This document shows, piece after piece, positions 24,145 to 37,518 of a stretch of 64,000 nt of DNA. Positions within the stretch are counted from its first letter, which is position 1. The number at the start of each line of letters is the position of its first letter. Location of the stretch: assembly GCF_018350175.1 (NCBI RefSeq), contig NC_058368.1, positions 13,704,001-13,768,000 on the forward strand, read 5' to 3'. This DNA is from Felis catus (taxonomy: Eukaryota). The translations under genes were made by a program, and so were the position numbers. The notes under the pieces are model-generated. The model was not told the DNA's origin, did not search any database, and saw only the letters and a list, made by a program, of their open reading frames with translations.

Positions 24145-25257
24145 GAGAGAAGCTTTTCACCCACAGGAACGCTATCTAAACTGATTTCAGATATCACTTT
24201 TCTTATTTCCACATGGCAGTGTGTCACATCTGAGTATTAATATCCCTTATCCTACTTTCAATTCAGCTAAATTCTCTTTTTCTATCAAAGAACTATTTAA
24301 AACTTTTTAATTTCTCCTCACTTCTCTCCCTAGTAGTAACTTTACTTGACTGCCGTTTAACCATTTTTCACAAAAAGATACTATCTCTTCCCAAGAATTA
24401 GTGCATTACAAAGATGAGCTGGGACAACCAGGGCAGTGAGGCACAACTCCTGGCTGTTGGTGCTGCTCAGTGACTGATTTCCACACATGGTCTCACATCT
24501 AACGAAGTCCAAATTCACTCCTGATTTCTAAGGTCACTTAGAAACAAGTGCATTTCTACCACTGTCAAAGAAAGTGTACCTAAAATGTTTAAAGAAAACA
24601 AGACTTCACGTTAACTCCAAGAATGCTGTGGGTCTATTCTAGCAGAAGTTTTAGGAGATAAGCCAGTCGGAGTCTTCAAAAGTGAATTTGACTTGAAAGG
24701 AATTTTAAATGGAAGGAAAAAGTGAGACTAATTAAGAATAGCTTACATTTATTGCAATAGCAGTCAAATAATCAAAGGGAAAAGCAAATGGTTGTGTTTC
24801 TAAATACAAATGAAAAAATACACCTATCAGAAGTGGGCATCCAACTAATAGTGAAAAGTTCATAATTTTGACTCTAAATTACTGGACTCTCGAATTCATT
24901 CTTTCAATATACGTTTGAAAAGAACAATTAAGAATCTTGAGGTGATGAAGTATCTGCAAAAATAGCTAATGATCAACATTAAGAAAACGCAGGGAAACTC
25001 AGTTGATATATGTGAATACATCTACACACTAAAAAAAGTTGTGCCTATATTTTTTAATGTATTTAAAAATTAAATTTATTTTATATAACCATCGTCTATA
25101 GCATGCTTTACCTATGAGACTTCAGAATCTAATTAAAAACAAAATATTCATGTTCAGAAAATCCAACACTGTTGGAAACAGGAAATGTTTTGAAATTCCA
25201 TATAGTTATGCATATATTTAGAACATGTACTAATTTTATTACACTTATTATTCTCTA

Positions 25258-25578
25258 GAGCTGTGCTATCTAATATGGTAGCTACTAATCACATGTGGTT
25301 TCAAGTGCTACTGAGCACTTGACATGGGGATGGCCCAAATTTAGATAGCATGAAATACACACTGAATATTAAAGACTTAGTACAATGAAAAAGAATGTAA
25401 AATATCTCCATTTTTTTACATTCCAATTACATATTGAAATGATAATAGTTTAGAAACATTGGATTAAATAAAACACACAATTAAAATTAACATATCCTTT
25501 TTTTAGCTTTTTAAATGTAACTATTAGAAGATTTTAACTGATCTGTGCGGCTTTCATTGTATCTCTGTTAGACAGCTC
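25258..25578. mobile_element. MER33-like hAT element
   Basis: gtgctatctaatatggtagctactaatcacatgtgg...aaagacttagtac...ttagacagc. Confidence 0.7.
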
Positions 25579-27178
25579 AAATCTTGGGTATCTCAGAGTA
25601 CTTTCTTGTTCAAAGACAGTTATCAGCTTTAGGGTTCTGAGAAACCTATCACCACAACCCTGGGAATCAATAAATGTAAATTGTGTGCTGGATATTTCAA
25701 TGAGACTAAAAAGTTATTCTGTCTACATCCAATGCATCTAGAAACTTTTAGAGAATCTAATAAGAAATACAGAAATCAAATGTCCAAATCCTTGTCTTTT
25801 CCATCTGAATTTCATTGATTCCAATGAGATTTTGTAAGTGTGCAGAGCAAGATGCAGTGTTAGTTATAAGTTGGGAGGGAAAGAGATGGCCCCAAATAGC
25901 ACAATTAACAAAAGGATGGTGCCCATATGGGATCCAATAACCATCCTTGGGATAAAATTTGACCGAAAATAATCCCTTAGCCAAAAACTTAGCCCCATTA
26001 CATTATTTCCTTGGATGAAAACTTTTTCTAGTGTTTTCCCTTCACAATCAGCCTAAGGTACTAGCTTGGTATAGAAACAGATGAAAAAAAGACTTCAGGA
26101 GAAAAACACCCACGGTTTTCTAGGGTCCTTCATTGATATGCTTTCCACAAATAAGACAATATTGCTTACAATATGAGTTCTAAAACATCGTATTACAAAA
26201 TGCTTATTTTACCGTAAGAGTTCTAAAATGCTGACTTGATTTCCTGGCCATCTAATTTTACCTTAATGAGCTATTTTATTCAATGAATCACTGTTCTTGT
26301 AAATTCTTCTGCTCAACAGAACAGAAGGTGACAGCTGACGGCATGTGCCGCTGACAGCCCCGGGCTGCCTCTAGCCCTGTTGCTTTGAATGATTCACTCA
26401 GGATAGAGATATTTGACCCTGCAGAAAGGCAGTCCTTTGGATTTCCTCCTAAGGCCCACTTGAAAGTTATCTCCCACTGCTCTTTCGATGTCAAGCCTTG
26501 CCAAGAATAAAAGTGCTGTGTCACTCACTCCACTGGTTCTTTGTCCCTAAACAGATGAAAAGTCCTTGTTTTCACTTCTAAGATGTCAGAGAATGAAAAG
26601 AGAGAAAAGTAATTTCGGTGCCCAGAAGTAGAAATGCCTGTGTGATCGTTTCCAAACAATACCAGTTGCTTTTGAGGTCAACAGGAGAATGTGAAGGCTG
26701 ATTCTGCTGTTTCTAACTCACAGGTAAAGAAATACTTCATTTGTCAAAAAAATCCACACTTTATTATTACATTTTAATTTAAGAAGAGACCAACGGGTGT
26801 GTCAAATGTGCAGAGCACGGTTTTATTCATTAATAGAGGTCATGATCATGGGAATAACAACCCTACCTCCTACCTCCAACTTAACCAACCTGTAGCAGGA
26901 TCTCTCAGCTATGCCTACCATACAATTGCTTGGGGCTTTTGATATTGGGACGGACAGAGGTGAGCAGTGAGTGATGTGCATGCTAGCTTTTAGTACCTGA
27001 GCTGAAGAAAGTGAGAGGAGTTTGTGCAGGGGCCTTGGAAAAGACAAAAAAAGAGAAGAGAGAGAGAACACAAGATGGTATCTAACCCCAGCCAGCCTCT
27101 GAGACTAGGTCTAACCTTCCTAAGAAAGGGAAGGGGATGAAACATTAAAAAATAAAAAATAAAAAAGACATCTATATT

Positions 27179-27398
27179 GGGTTGCCTAGAGTGGCTCAGT
27201 TGGTTAAGCATCCACCTTCGGCTCAGGTCATGATCTCATGGTTTGTGAGTTTGAGCCCCATGTTGGGTTCCGTGCTCATAGCTCAGAGCCTGGATCCTGC
27301 TTCAGATTCTGTGTCTCCCTCTCTCTCTGCCTCTTGCCTGCTCGTGCTGTCTCTCTCTCTCTCAAAAATAAATAAACATTAAAAAAAATTTTTTTTTA
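27179..27398 (+). mobile_element. Can-SINE
   Basis: Full body, CT tract and A-tail. Confidence 0.94.
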
Positions 27399-27900
27399 AA
27401 AAGGAAGGGGATGTCATTTGGATGCGGAAACTTCCAAGACTCTGGATATAAGATTGAGAGTGTGAATGATAGAAAGTGCCTCCACCAGTGTCCAGAGGCG
27501 GTACCAGGCTAAGATACAAGCCAGGGGTAACCTGGTGTGGCAGTCAGTGGTGGGTCCTTCAGCAAGCGTGGCTGAGGGAGTGGGCATAGGTGTGAGAAGC
27601 ACCACATTTACCAATTTTCTCTGTTTGTGTCATTGTTGTGCCATCAATTTCTTCTCCATTTTCCTGCCACCACAGTCATCACCACCGTAAGATCAACACA
27701 ATACCTTTTTTTTTTTTAAAGCTGTTCATCAAAATAGTTTTGGAGAATGTGACGGATGGGAATCACTGTTTCTGTCACAACTTCTGTGCTGCAGTGGTGA
27801 GCTGTAGGATGACAATGGACACACCAGCAAAAAGAGTGTTGTGCTCCCCACTCCAGCACAGCGAAGTTCTCACAGGTGCCCCTACAGCTATTACAGCCAG

Positions 27901-27919
27901 GCGCCTCCAGGGGGCAGAT
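27901..27919 (+). promoter_or_regulatory. CTCF motif match
   Basis: GCGCCTCCAGGGGGCAGAT closely matches the CTCF core CCASYAGRKGGCRS (one tolerated A>T difference). It lies in non-repeat sequence. Confidence 0.55.
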
Positions 27920-28752
27920 GTCTGGGGTGGGCAGAGAGGCAAAAGATCAGAAGTCTTGATCAAGGGCACAAGTGAGACAAAGTTTAGGAAACTCTGAAGA
28001 GGGGCTGAGATCAGCCAACATACTCGCGAGGCCTCCTCGTTCATGCACAAAGCCTGGAGAGGCCTACATGCATTCAGATCTCATGCAGCTTTGCTACAGG
28101 AGAATGAAGCAGGCGACAGAGTATGAAGTCAGAATCCCCAATCCAGAAGTGATGCTGTTACTACATATTGGGAACGAGGAGAAAGAATAAAGTTGCTCCC
28201 ATATTTTAGATTGGAATTTTTCATTTGAATATATATTTAAATATTAGTCTAATATTACTCAGTAGATGTATTTATTCATGAAGGTAATAGTAATTTTTTT
28301 TTGAAAATTGAATTATATTTTAAATTCTCTAGGAAAGATCATATTGAAAGGAATCTGTAATAACACCCCTCATTAAAACATCACCCACTAAATGCATCTG
28401 TTTTGTATAATTGGATTTTTACCTCCAATTTTCTTGAAATGAAATATAATTTACACTAAATTCATCATATTTTATCAGACATTTAATATGTGCCATGCTT
28501 TGAGCTAGGTCCTAGGGGCTCAGAGATGAATAAAACATAGTCCTTGTCCTTAAAGAGGTCATGGATTGTCAAAGAAGATAGTTATGATAACACATGAGAA
28601 AAAGGCATTAAAAAAGAAGCAATTAATTCGGGACGGTGGGAAGAAAGTTGGGAAAGCTTTATGACTTTGAAGCTGAATATTAAAGGATGATTAAGAATAT
28701 GCCAGATAATTAAGAAAAAAATGGATATTCCAAACATAAAAAGAATATGTAC

Positions 28753-29287
28753 CTGGTTACAGCATTAGTTACAATAGCTAAAATGTGGAAGCAACCAAAG
28801 TGCCCATCAATAGATGACTGGATAAAGAAGATATGCTGTATACATACAATGGAATATTATTCCGCCATAAAAAAAAAAAGAATGAAATCTTGCCATTTGC
28901 AACAACATGGATAGAGCTGGAGCGTATTATGCTAAGCGAAATAATTCAGTCAAAGAAAGACAAATACCATATGATCTCACTCATATGTGGAATTTAAGGG
29001 AAAAAAATGAACAAAGGGGAAAAAAGAGATAGACAAACCAAGAAACAGACTCTTAACTATAGAGAACAAACTGATGATTACCAGAAGGGAGGGGTTGGGG
29101 GGATGGGTTAAATAGGTGATGGGGATTAAAGAGCACACTTACAGCGATGAGCTCTGAGTAATGTATAGAATTGTCGAATCACACTATTGTGCACCTGAAA
29201 CTAAAACAACACTGTATGTTAACTGTGCTGGAATTAAAATTAAAAAATTAGATTATAAGAAAAAAAAGTGAAAAGGCAAAAAAAAAA
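28753..29287 (+). mobile_element. Carnivore L1 3' end (L1_Carn-like)
   Basis: ORF2 end (tggaagcaaccaaagtgcccatcaa...), 3'UTR and A-rich tail. ATGTACCTG on both flanks. Confidence 0.88.
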
Positions 29288-31419
29288 TGTACCTGATAGA
29301 AACTGGATAAAGGATACATACGATCTATCATTTAGGCAAATACCTGTGAATCTATATTTCAAAATTTAAAATATGTTAATATGATAATTGTCATATGTAT
29401 TAATATACAGGGTATTTAGGAAAAATGGAAAGTTATCTTGGGTGAGGGATTAGGGTGGGAGGATGCTGGACAGGAAGTCAGGAATCAGCTTGTACTACAA
29501 AAAATAAAGCTGGCAACAAGCAGAAGAGTATCGAAACGGTGGAAATAGAAGACAAGAAAATTGAAGAGGTATTTTTGAGGTATAGCAAAAGTCTTCCATG
29601 ATTCTGATAGAGAAAAAGAGCATTTTAAGATTGGAGTAGAAATTCATTCCATTAATCATTATAGAATAATCAAAGAAGGTTTTATAGTGAAAGATAATGA
29701 GTTCAATTTGGAACTATTGAAATTGAGTCTCAGTACCCAAGTCTGACATGGCACTGGAATTCAAGAACAAGGTCTTATAATGTGCACTTTCTATGTTGTT
29801 TGAGAATATTCAATTCTGCTATAGGAGACAAAAAAAAACAAATATGATGGACTGAACTCATAATAAATGTTGAGCATAGTATAAATTTTAACAGGCAAAA
29901 TTCATAAGATATTTTGTTTGTTATGCACACATAATATTTGAGTAAGTAATTTGCAAGGTATAGGTGGAATTCATGGAATATATTAAATTTAGACAGTAAG
30001 TTAGTAACCTGTAAGACATGTCAACAAACAACGGAATACATAAAAAGCAAGAGTAAGGCCAAAATCAAACCACCTCTGAGATGACCACTATGTCACCCTC
30101 AAATTCAATCATCCATTGGTGACATCTAGGATGGCCTCATGTGGGTCCCATGTGTACTCTACCCAAAATACGCACATAAGACCTATGGCTGTTTACAGGC
30201 TAACTGGCGAGCGATAACTATTTACAGATGTTCTTGGCCCTGAGTGGCTCCTGTAGAATAAGTACATATCATTGGCTCAGGACGCCTTCTTTCTGTGAAC
30301 TGCTACCTCAAATCTCACCTCTGGTCCTCATAAGCACAATTTTAGCAAGAAGGTCTAAGATGGCAGAGAGAGACAGAGAAGATCTGTAGCCTTCTGAACC
30401 CCAGGTCACAGGTATCATAGTCCTTCCATATGTTCATTCCCTTATCCAGGAATGTTAATTTACCCCATCTCTTTACCCTTGCTTGTTGTTCTATGTTTTA
30501 AATTGATTTAATAAGCCATGTGATTCAAGCACTGTAATGTGGTCTATGAGCCTTTCTGGTCTGTGACTTCCAACATAGCATACCTCATAGCATACTTGGA
30601 ATATGCAAGGTAATTTCCCATATGATAGGTCTCAACTATAGGATTATAATCATTGAGGTATTTGAGATAATCCAACTGGATCCCAATTACCATGGTTTCA
30701 CATGGCTATTTTTCTGGTGTATACAAGCTTTCAACAATTGTTGAAACCCCGTAAGACATAATCAAGCATCCTTCTTTGAAAAAGTACAAGTTAACCACAG
30801 TTTTGTATCTATTTCTGAAACCTTAATGAAAACCTTTGGCAGGCAAAAGCAATGCCCTATTTATCTTTGTATCTCCACACCTAGCCTATTACCAGTAACA
30901 GTGCAGATACTGAATGCGTTTTTGCTAAATTGAAGAGTAAGTTGCAGTACATTTTCATAATTCAGACATTCACATGCTGATATTTATATGTTGACTCTGA
31001 CAAAGCTCATCAGTGGGATCAATAAGCAATTTTATTAAAAACTGTGTGGACTAGATCATTTATCCAGACAGAGACTGTCGTGGGAAAATACTGAATCCCT
31101 CCCAGGCAGGACTGACAGAATGGAAGTGACTTCTATGACACGGTGGTTCAAGACTCCTAGATCAGTGAACCTCAACTTAGTTTTCAAAAGATTATGCCTA
31201 AGATCCCAAATTCTCTATTCATTGTCAAAGGAAGTTAGCAAACAATTTGAGAATGTAGGGACGTGGAAAAGTAAACACATGTCATGTAGATCGTTTGCTG
31301 AGGCACAGTACAGCAGAGAAGCAATACACCGATCACAACAAGCCAGACCCCAATACATAAAAAAAGAGAGAAAGAAATTGGAAGTCTTTTTGTTTATTTA
31401 ATCGGGGATGATTATTAAG

Positions 31420-31810
31420 TTGAAGCCATGTTAGATAAATTATAGTTCATTCATACCACAGAATATTTTGCAGCTTTTTAAAAAGAGAGGAAAAACAATT
31501 TCTAAACTGCTATGGAACAATCTACCAGATATACTGTTAAGCAAAAAAAAAAAAAAAAAAAAAAAAAAACAATGTGAGGAGTAGTTTGGATAGCATGTTA
31601 ATATCTTGTGTTTAAAAGAATGTGGACAGATACTTGTATATACATAAAATTTGTGGAAGGATACATGGCACAGTGATTACAGCGATTGACTCTGGGAAGG
31701 GGAACAGGCAATTGCAACATGTAGTAGAAAGTGGACTTGTTCTTTGTTTTTATGTATTTTTAAACTTTTGTAACTTTGTATTCTTTATATTTTCTGAAAA
31801 TAAAGATAAA
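31420..31810 (+). mobile_element. Old L1M 3' remnant with an internal poly(A)
   Basis: ataaattatagttcattcataccacagaatattttgcagc...; A-run at 31543-31569. Confidence 0.5.
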
Positions 31811-31888
31811 GTAAATTAGAGATAATTTTTTTACTCTAATGTCAGATTTTTTAAAAAACGCTCTTTCATCAAAAAAATGTAAAACTCT

Positions 31889-32090
31889 GGGCGCTGGGGT
31901 GGCCAAATAGGTTGAGCGTCTGACTTTTGATTTCGGCTCAGGTCATGATCTCACAGTTTGTGAGTTCGAGCCCATATCGAGCTCTGCACGGACCACACAG
32001 AGTCTGCTTGAGATTCTTTCTCCCTCTCTCTCTGCCCCTGTTCTGCTTGTGTTCTCTCTCTCTGGAAATAAATGCATATTTTTTTTAATT
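31889..32090 (+). mobile_element. Can-SINE
   Basis: SINE body. Confidence 0.9.
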
Positions 32091-32638
32091 TATGTAAAAT
32101 TCAATATAGTAAACAAATATATTTCTATTCATATTCATATCTACAGTGTGCAGTCCTCCACTGTAAAGTGGACGATTTTTCATTTCAGATTTACTATAAC
32201 TCTCAAAACAGAATAAAAGACTATAGTTTCTAATTATGTTGTACATTCAGTTATATATTTAGAGCATTTTTCTTTCAAGTTAATATATCGCATGAAGCCA
32301 TTAGCCGCTGAGGCCTGTTCAATTCTAGAATTTAGTTAAACTGCAGGTTACTTGATTACACAAATTCCACACATTAAAAAAAACCTTTCTTCACAATAGG
32401 AGGTAATACTCAGGAGATGGCCCCCATGAAGTCCGAAATTGTGAATTTGACTCTTCCTAAACAAGACTGAGAAGAAAATGAAAGCTATGCACCTTGGTTT
32501 TCTCCTCTATAAAATGGGACTAATAGGCATAACTAGCATGATAATACATATAAAACCTGCAATAAATGATAGTTGTAACTAACACAGCTTAAAGATCAAA
32601 AGAAGATATGCTGGTTCTGCGTAAATATTTATGTCTAT

Positions 32639-32813
32639 GGGACACCTGGGTGGCTCAGTCGATTAAACATGGACTGTTAGTTTTGACTCAGATCATGATT
32701 TCAGTTTGTGAGTTCAAGTCCCACATCGGGCTCCGTGCTGACAGTGCAGAGCCTGCTTGGGATTTGACCTCTCCCACTCACTGCCCCTCCCCTGCTCTCT
32801 CTCTCTCTCTCTG

Positions 32814-32860
<47 letters not shown>

Positions 32861-32889
32861 ATAAATAAATTTTAAAAAATTAAAAAAAT
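32639..32889 (+). mobile_element. Can-SINE
   Basis: SINE body, (CT)n and A-tail. Confidence 0.93.
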
Positions 32890-33793
32890 ACATTTATATC
32901 TAGAAAACATAAGTTTGTTGTCTTATTTAAGTAAAACCGTAAATGCCTAATGATGCTTGATGATGGTTATCTTCCTATCACAGCTTGGCACACATCTCTC
33001 CCAAATATCTCTGATTACTTGTTTAAATGGGAAGTGGTGTATCTCCCAGTGTATTCACAATTAACTGTTTCCAATGGCCTGGGTAAACAAAATAACCATA
33101 CTGTTGTTCATATTTCTTACACAGTTGTAAGATCCAATTCATCTAAAACAGCTTTTTAAATGGTGGTTAAAAAAAAAAGGAAAAAGAGGCATGCTTTGAA
33201 TGATTTACCTTGAGTGATGAAAAACTTGAATTAAGATCATAAAGATAACAAGAATGCACATTTGGAAGGGGGTAGTATTAAATCCATCTTTCTCAGGACG
33301 GATCTAAAGACTAATTTGAAAATAATTCATCCTGATTTGGTTAAATTGACCAGGTAATCACCTGCAGTCTATTTTTTACTGCCTTTGTAAACACAGACAG
33401 GACATCATTTATTTGGAGCTTTCATGAAGAATCATGTTGGTGTCTTCAACATTCCAAAGAAGTTGATACTTAAATGATTAGTCCTTGAGAATAAAGATAA
33501 ACCAGACTATATCGCCCTCAGGTTTACATGCTGTCAACCGGCAATTATCTAATCGATTTTTTAGTTATGCCTGTAACGCAAACTAATTCCTTTGAAAATT
33601 AATGGCCACGGTTGTTTTATGAACATTCAGTTCTATTATCCTACCAGGAAGGGAAAAACAAATGGACCTAAAAAAAGTTTGAAGATGCACAATTGGACAA
33701 GAAGGTAGAGGGTAGCCTTAAACACAGTAGAGTCTGCCATTGGAGAACAGCTACCTGCAAACCCAAACCTCTTCCAGCCTTCCTCTGGTGTTT

Positions 33794-33794
33794 C

Positions 33795-33828
<34 letters not shown>

Positions 33829-33892
33829 CTTTTCTTTTCTTTTCTTTTCTTTTCTTTTCTTTTCTTTTCTTTTCTTTTCTCTTCTTTCTTTC
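33794..33892. repeat. (TTTTC)n pentanucleotide repeat (expanded SINE tail)
   Basis: Seen directly. Confidence 0.95.
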
Positions 33893-34066
33893 TTTTTTTA
33901 ATGTTTATTTGTTTTTGAGAGAGAGAGAGAGAGAGAAAATGTGAAGGGAGGAAGGGCAGAGAGAGGGAGACACAGAATCTGAACCCACGAACAGCCCCCA
34001 CGAACCAGGAAGATCATGACCTGAGCAGGAGTCAGACGCTTAACCACTGAGCCACGCAGGCACCCC
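33893..34066 (-). mobile_element. Can-SINE (internally deleted)
   Basis: Reverse-complement SINE. Confidence 0.9.
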
Positions 34067-34495
34067 TGATGCTTGTTCTTAAGTCGGCTAGCCACCAAGA
34101 AGGGAGGGAACTAGCTGTTGCCCCTAGAGGCTGCTCCCTGCCTGGAAGGAAAGTGTGTGGTGTGGCTGTGAGTGTGGGTGGGTGTGAGCATGGGTGGGTG
34201 TGACAGGGCAGATGCAGAATGCCTGTGTGGGTCTCTCATCTGTTACATGAAAGGGAAAGGGAAAGGAGAGGGGGTGGGGAGGATCAAAGACACACCTGGA
34301 GGAGCCTTGATGAAGGACCACATTTGGCAGATCTTTATTCCTTGATTCAGATAGGGAAAGAATAAGAATGATTTTCAAATTCAATTATTTCTGAGACCTA
34401 GCTTGATTTTCAGTCCACTGAATACCACAGCTGGAGCAAACAAACAGTGAAATCAGTTCAGGTTAACAATGAAATTGTATCAAAACCAATAGTTG

Positions 34496-34703
34496 AAAGA
34501 AAAGAAAAGAAGAGAAAAGAAAGGAGGGGAGAGGAGAGGAGAGGAGAGGAGAGGAGAGGAGAGAGGAGAGAAGAGGAGAGAAGAGGAGAAGACAAGAGAA
34601 GACAAGAGAAGAGAAGAGAAGAGAAGAGAAGAGGGAAGGGAAGGGAAGGGAAGGGAAGGGAAGGGAAGGGAAGGGAAGGGAAGGGAAGGGAAGGGAAGGG
34701 AAG
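34496..34703. repeat. Compound polypurine pentanucleotide repeat (GAAAA/GAGAG/GAGAA/GGGAA)n
   Basis: Seen directly. Confidence 0.95.
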
Positions 34704-36318
34704 AATGATCACAACAAATCTAGAAATCTCACTGAGTCCTCTGGAGCCTGAAAAGGAATAAGAGAACACATATGCTTAGAATGAGGAAAGTTATTCACAA
34801 CCATTCTTATGTCATGTAACACTTCCTATAAATGGTTGTTCTATTCTATATATTCACTTAATCACTCATGTAATGTTTCCCATAGAAGGTGTACATTTAA
34901 TGTGATAAAAGCCTTGTTCTACGCTGGGATAGAGGAAGAAACAAGCCCGTAGGGAACTCTGGGCCTTCCTTTCAGCATGAAGATGCTCAACACAGGCTGC
35001 AAAACCTGGGGGGAAGGCGAGAGAGCAAGAATCAAGACCCCAGCCTACGAAGAGCAGAGAACTTCACTCCACCTCACAAACCAGCCTACTCACTCCTCCT
35101 TCCTGTAAGGAGAGAGTGAGAGTTCAAGTTTAGAGGCTACTGGCATCTATCTGGTGGGTAGAGGCCAGAGGTGCTGCTTCCCCAGTACAATCCTGAGAAG
35201 GTAGAAATGTTGTTAGAAGTCCCTATTTTACAAAAGGAACATGAAGAGTGGGAGAAAAGTGCTTCCTCTGGTGAGCCTGAATTCTAATCAATATGAGTTC
35301 CTCACCGCCCATATCAATCTCCCATAAACCTATAGCGTGTTCCCTAAAACACTTTCGGGAACACTTTCACACTTTGGGGTCGTCATTCATGCTGTTCTCT
35401 TTCCCAGAATTCATTTGCCCCATTCCCACCCATCTTGTCTTCCCCAGTTGTTGTAATCCTATTCATCTTGGAGGTGATGCAGAATATCCTCTCCCTTTAG
35501 AATCTTTCCCCAACTCCCTATCCCCATGGGAAAATTAATTCCAGGCACTACCAGCTGCTTTGTAAACTTGGGCAATTGAGTCTCCCTTTTTCATCTCTAA
35601 AGCAGGAAGAATAGTACTTAAGCCTTCAGGGCTAGTCTAAGGATTAAAGCATGCAATCATACCTGGTTGATAACTGATGTGTCATAAATGTTCCTTTCCC
35701 TTCTGCACTCTGAGACAGAAACTAAATTAATTTCCTGTCTCTTTGTTAAATAATCCTGGGACCAGGCATATTTTCCTGTGACTATGTTAAAAAATACTGA
35801 GACAAGCAAAAATAACTTAGCTATTTGCTCTAGGAAATATTTGTTCCTGGAAGATATGACTGTGAGCCAACCAAACTAGTTTACATATCAAGACAGAGTT
35901 TACTCATCAAGACTCATTTCAATCCCCTTGCCTCACTATGCCTACCAATCGAAAACTATTATGTCATAAACCCTGCACCCTGCTAGTTTGACTCTGCTTA
36001 TAAACAATGTGTTTGCTTAATCAACACATTGTTTCAGAGATTTGACAGTTGACACGTCTTTGCCTTGAGATTGAATAGCACTTTGCTTAAACTTCTAGTA
36101 CAGCACTATGCTATAACTTTGTTATTGGTGATTACCCAATTATCTTCCTTCCTCTGTAAAATGGTAAGCTTCACGAAAGCAAGATCATGTCTTTTGGTCT
36201 TTATAATTCCAGTTGGCCAATAGCTGAGCCACAAAGTAAAAAACATGTTCTTCCTTGAATGAATGAATGAATGAATGGTCATCCTTGATGTCACAAATCC
36301 ACTTTTAATCCACCGACC

Positions 36319-36530
36319 TAGTGGTTTCAGTGAGGGACAGTTTTGCTTCCCACAGGACATGTGGCAACGTCTGGAAACATGTTTTATTGTCATGACTAGG
36401 GGAGGGGGGCACTACTGACCACTGGTGGGTAGAGGCCAGGGAAGCTTCTAGACCTCCTACAGTGCACAGGGCAACCCTCATAACAAGGAATTAGCCAGCC
36501 AAACTGTCAACAGGGTTGAGAAATCCTGCC
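36319..36530 (+). mobile_element. MER20-like hAT element
   Basis: ggacatgtggcaacgtctggaaacat...tgggtagaggccaggga...ggttgagaaatcctg. Confidence 0.8.
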
Positions 36531-37518
36531 CTTCCCTGACATCCTCTCCATTCTGCTCTAGGTGTCAGGAGGCTTATCTGGAATGTGACACACAGCTCCC
36601 TGCTTCCCATCTCTGATCAGATTCAGCCAGTGGGAAGTACCAGCAAGGGATCCGAGTGTAGCAGGAGAACAGAGACCAGCTACTTAGTTCCCCTGCTCCC
36701 TGCCTGCCAGGCCACAGGTCACACAGGCTTGTCTGTCTTGGGTTCCTCTCCTAAAGCCCCCACTCCTCCCCGGAGCTTCTCTGACAGCTATAGCTCTCCC
36801 CAGGTTCTAGTAATTGTTCTCATCCCCTTGCCCCTATAGGTCTTGACATGGTAAGTGTTCCTCCTGTTGATAACCTTCACCATCCTTTGTTGGTTTCCCT
36901 AATGCTGCTTATACCCTGGTAATTAGCTCCTTCATTAAATGCTCCTCAATTATTCTACGTGGGTGTGCCAACTGTTTCACAAGGCACCTACTAGGGGTAG
37001 ATGCCACATAGAAAGACGGCTTAACACATCTGCTTCAGACTGATCTGCTCTCATGATGCAGGGGTCGCAACTCTGGTTCTAACTGTATAACAGAGTGCCA
37101 GGACTCCTTGGAAGGGACATGCGTGCCTCTGAAAAGGCTATTTTCATTTATATCTGTTGGGAACTAATCCGGTTCCTAACCACTGAAACTCAAGGGTGCA
37201 GTTTAAAGTTCCTTCTGGAAAAAAATAAATAAATAAAAGCTTCACTTCTGAGCCTTTAGTAAAGTGGTTTTAGGGCAGTAAAAAGCCATTATACTTTGGC
37301 AAACACAACCACATCAAACTATAACATTAGTACTGACTGGTGAAAACATTCCAGTAGTCTCAACAGCATATCAGAATTGTGAAAAGAAAAACTGAGAAAA
37401 AAAAAATGTTTGATCTGCTTACCTGAATTCAGAAATTGCTGAAATTCAGAAATTTGTAACCATATTAGGAGAAAACCAACAGAATAAAGTTTTCTCATAG
37501 ACCAAAAGAATCTATGAT

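Noticed and set aside
33636..34769. Lys/Arg/Glu-rich and Phe/Ser/Leu-rich ORFs
   Set aside because: These are translations of pentanucleotide microsatellites and a SINE.
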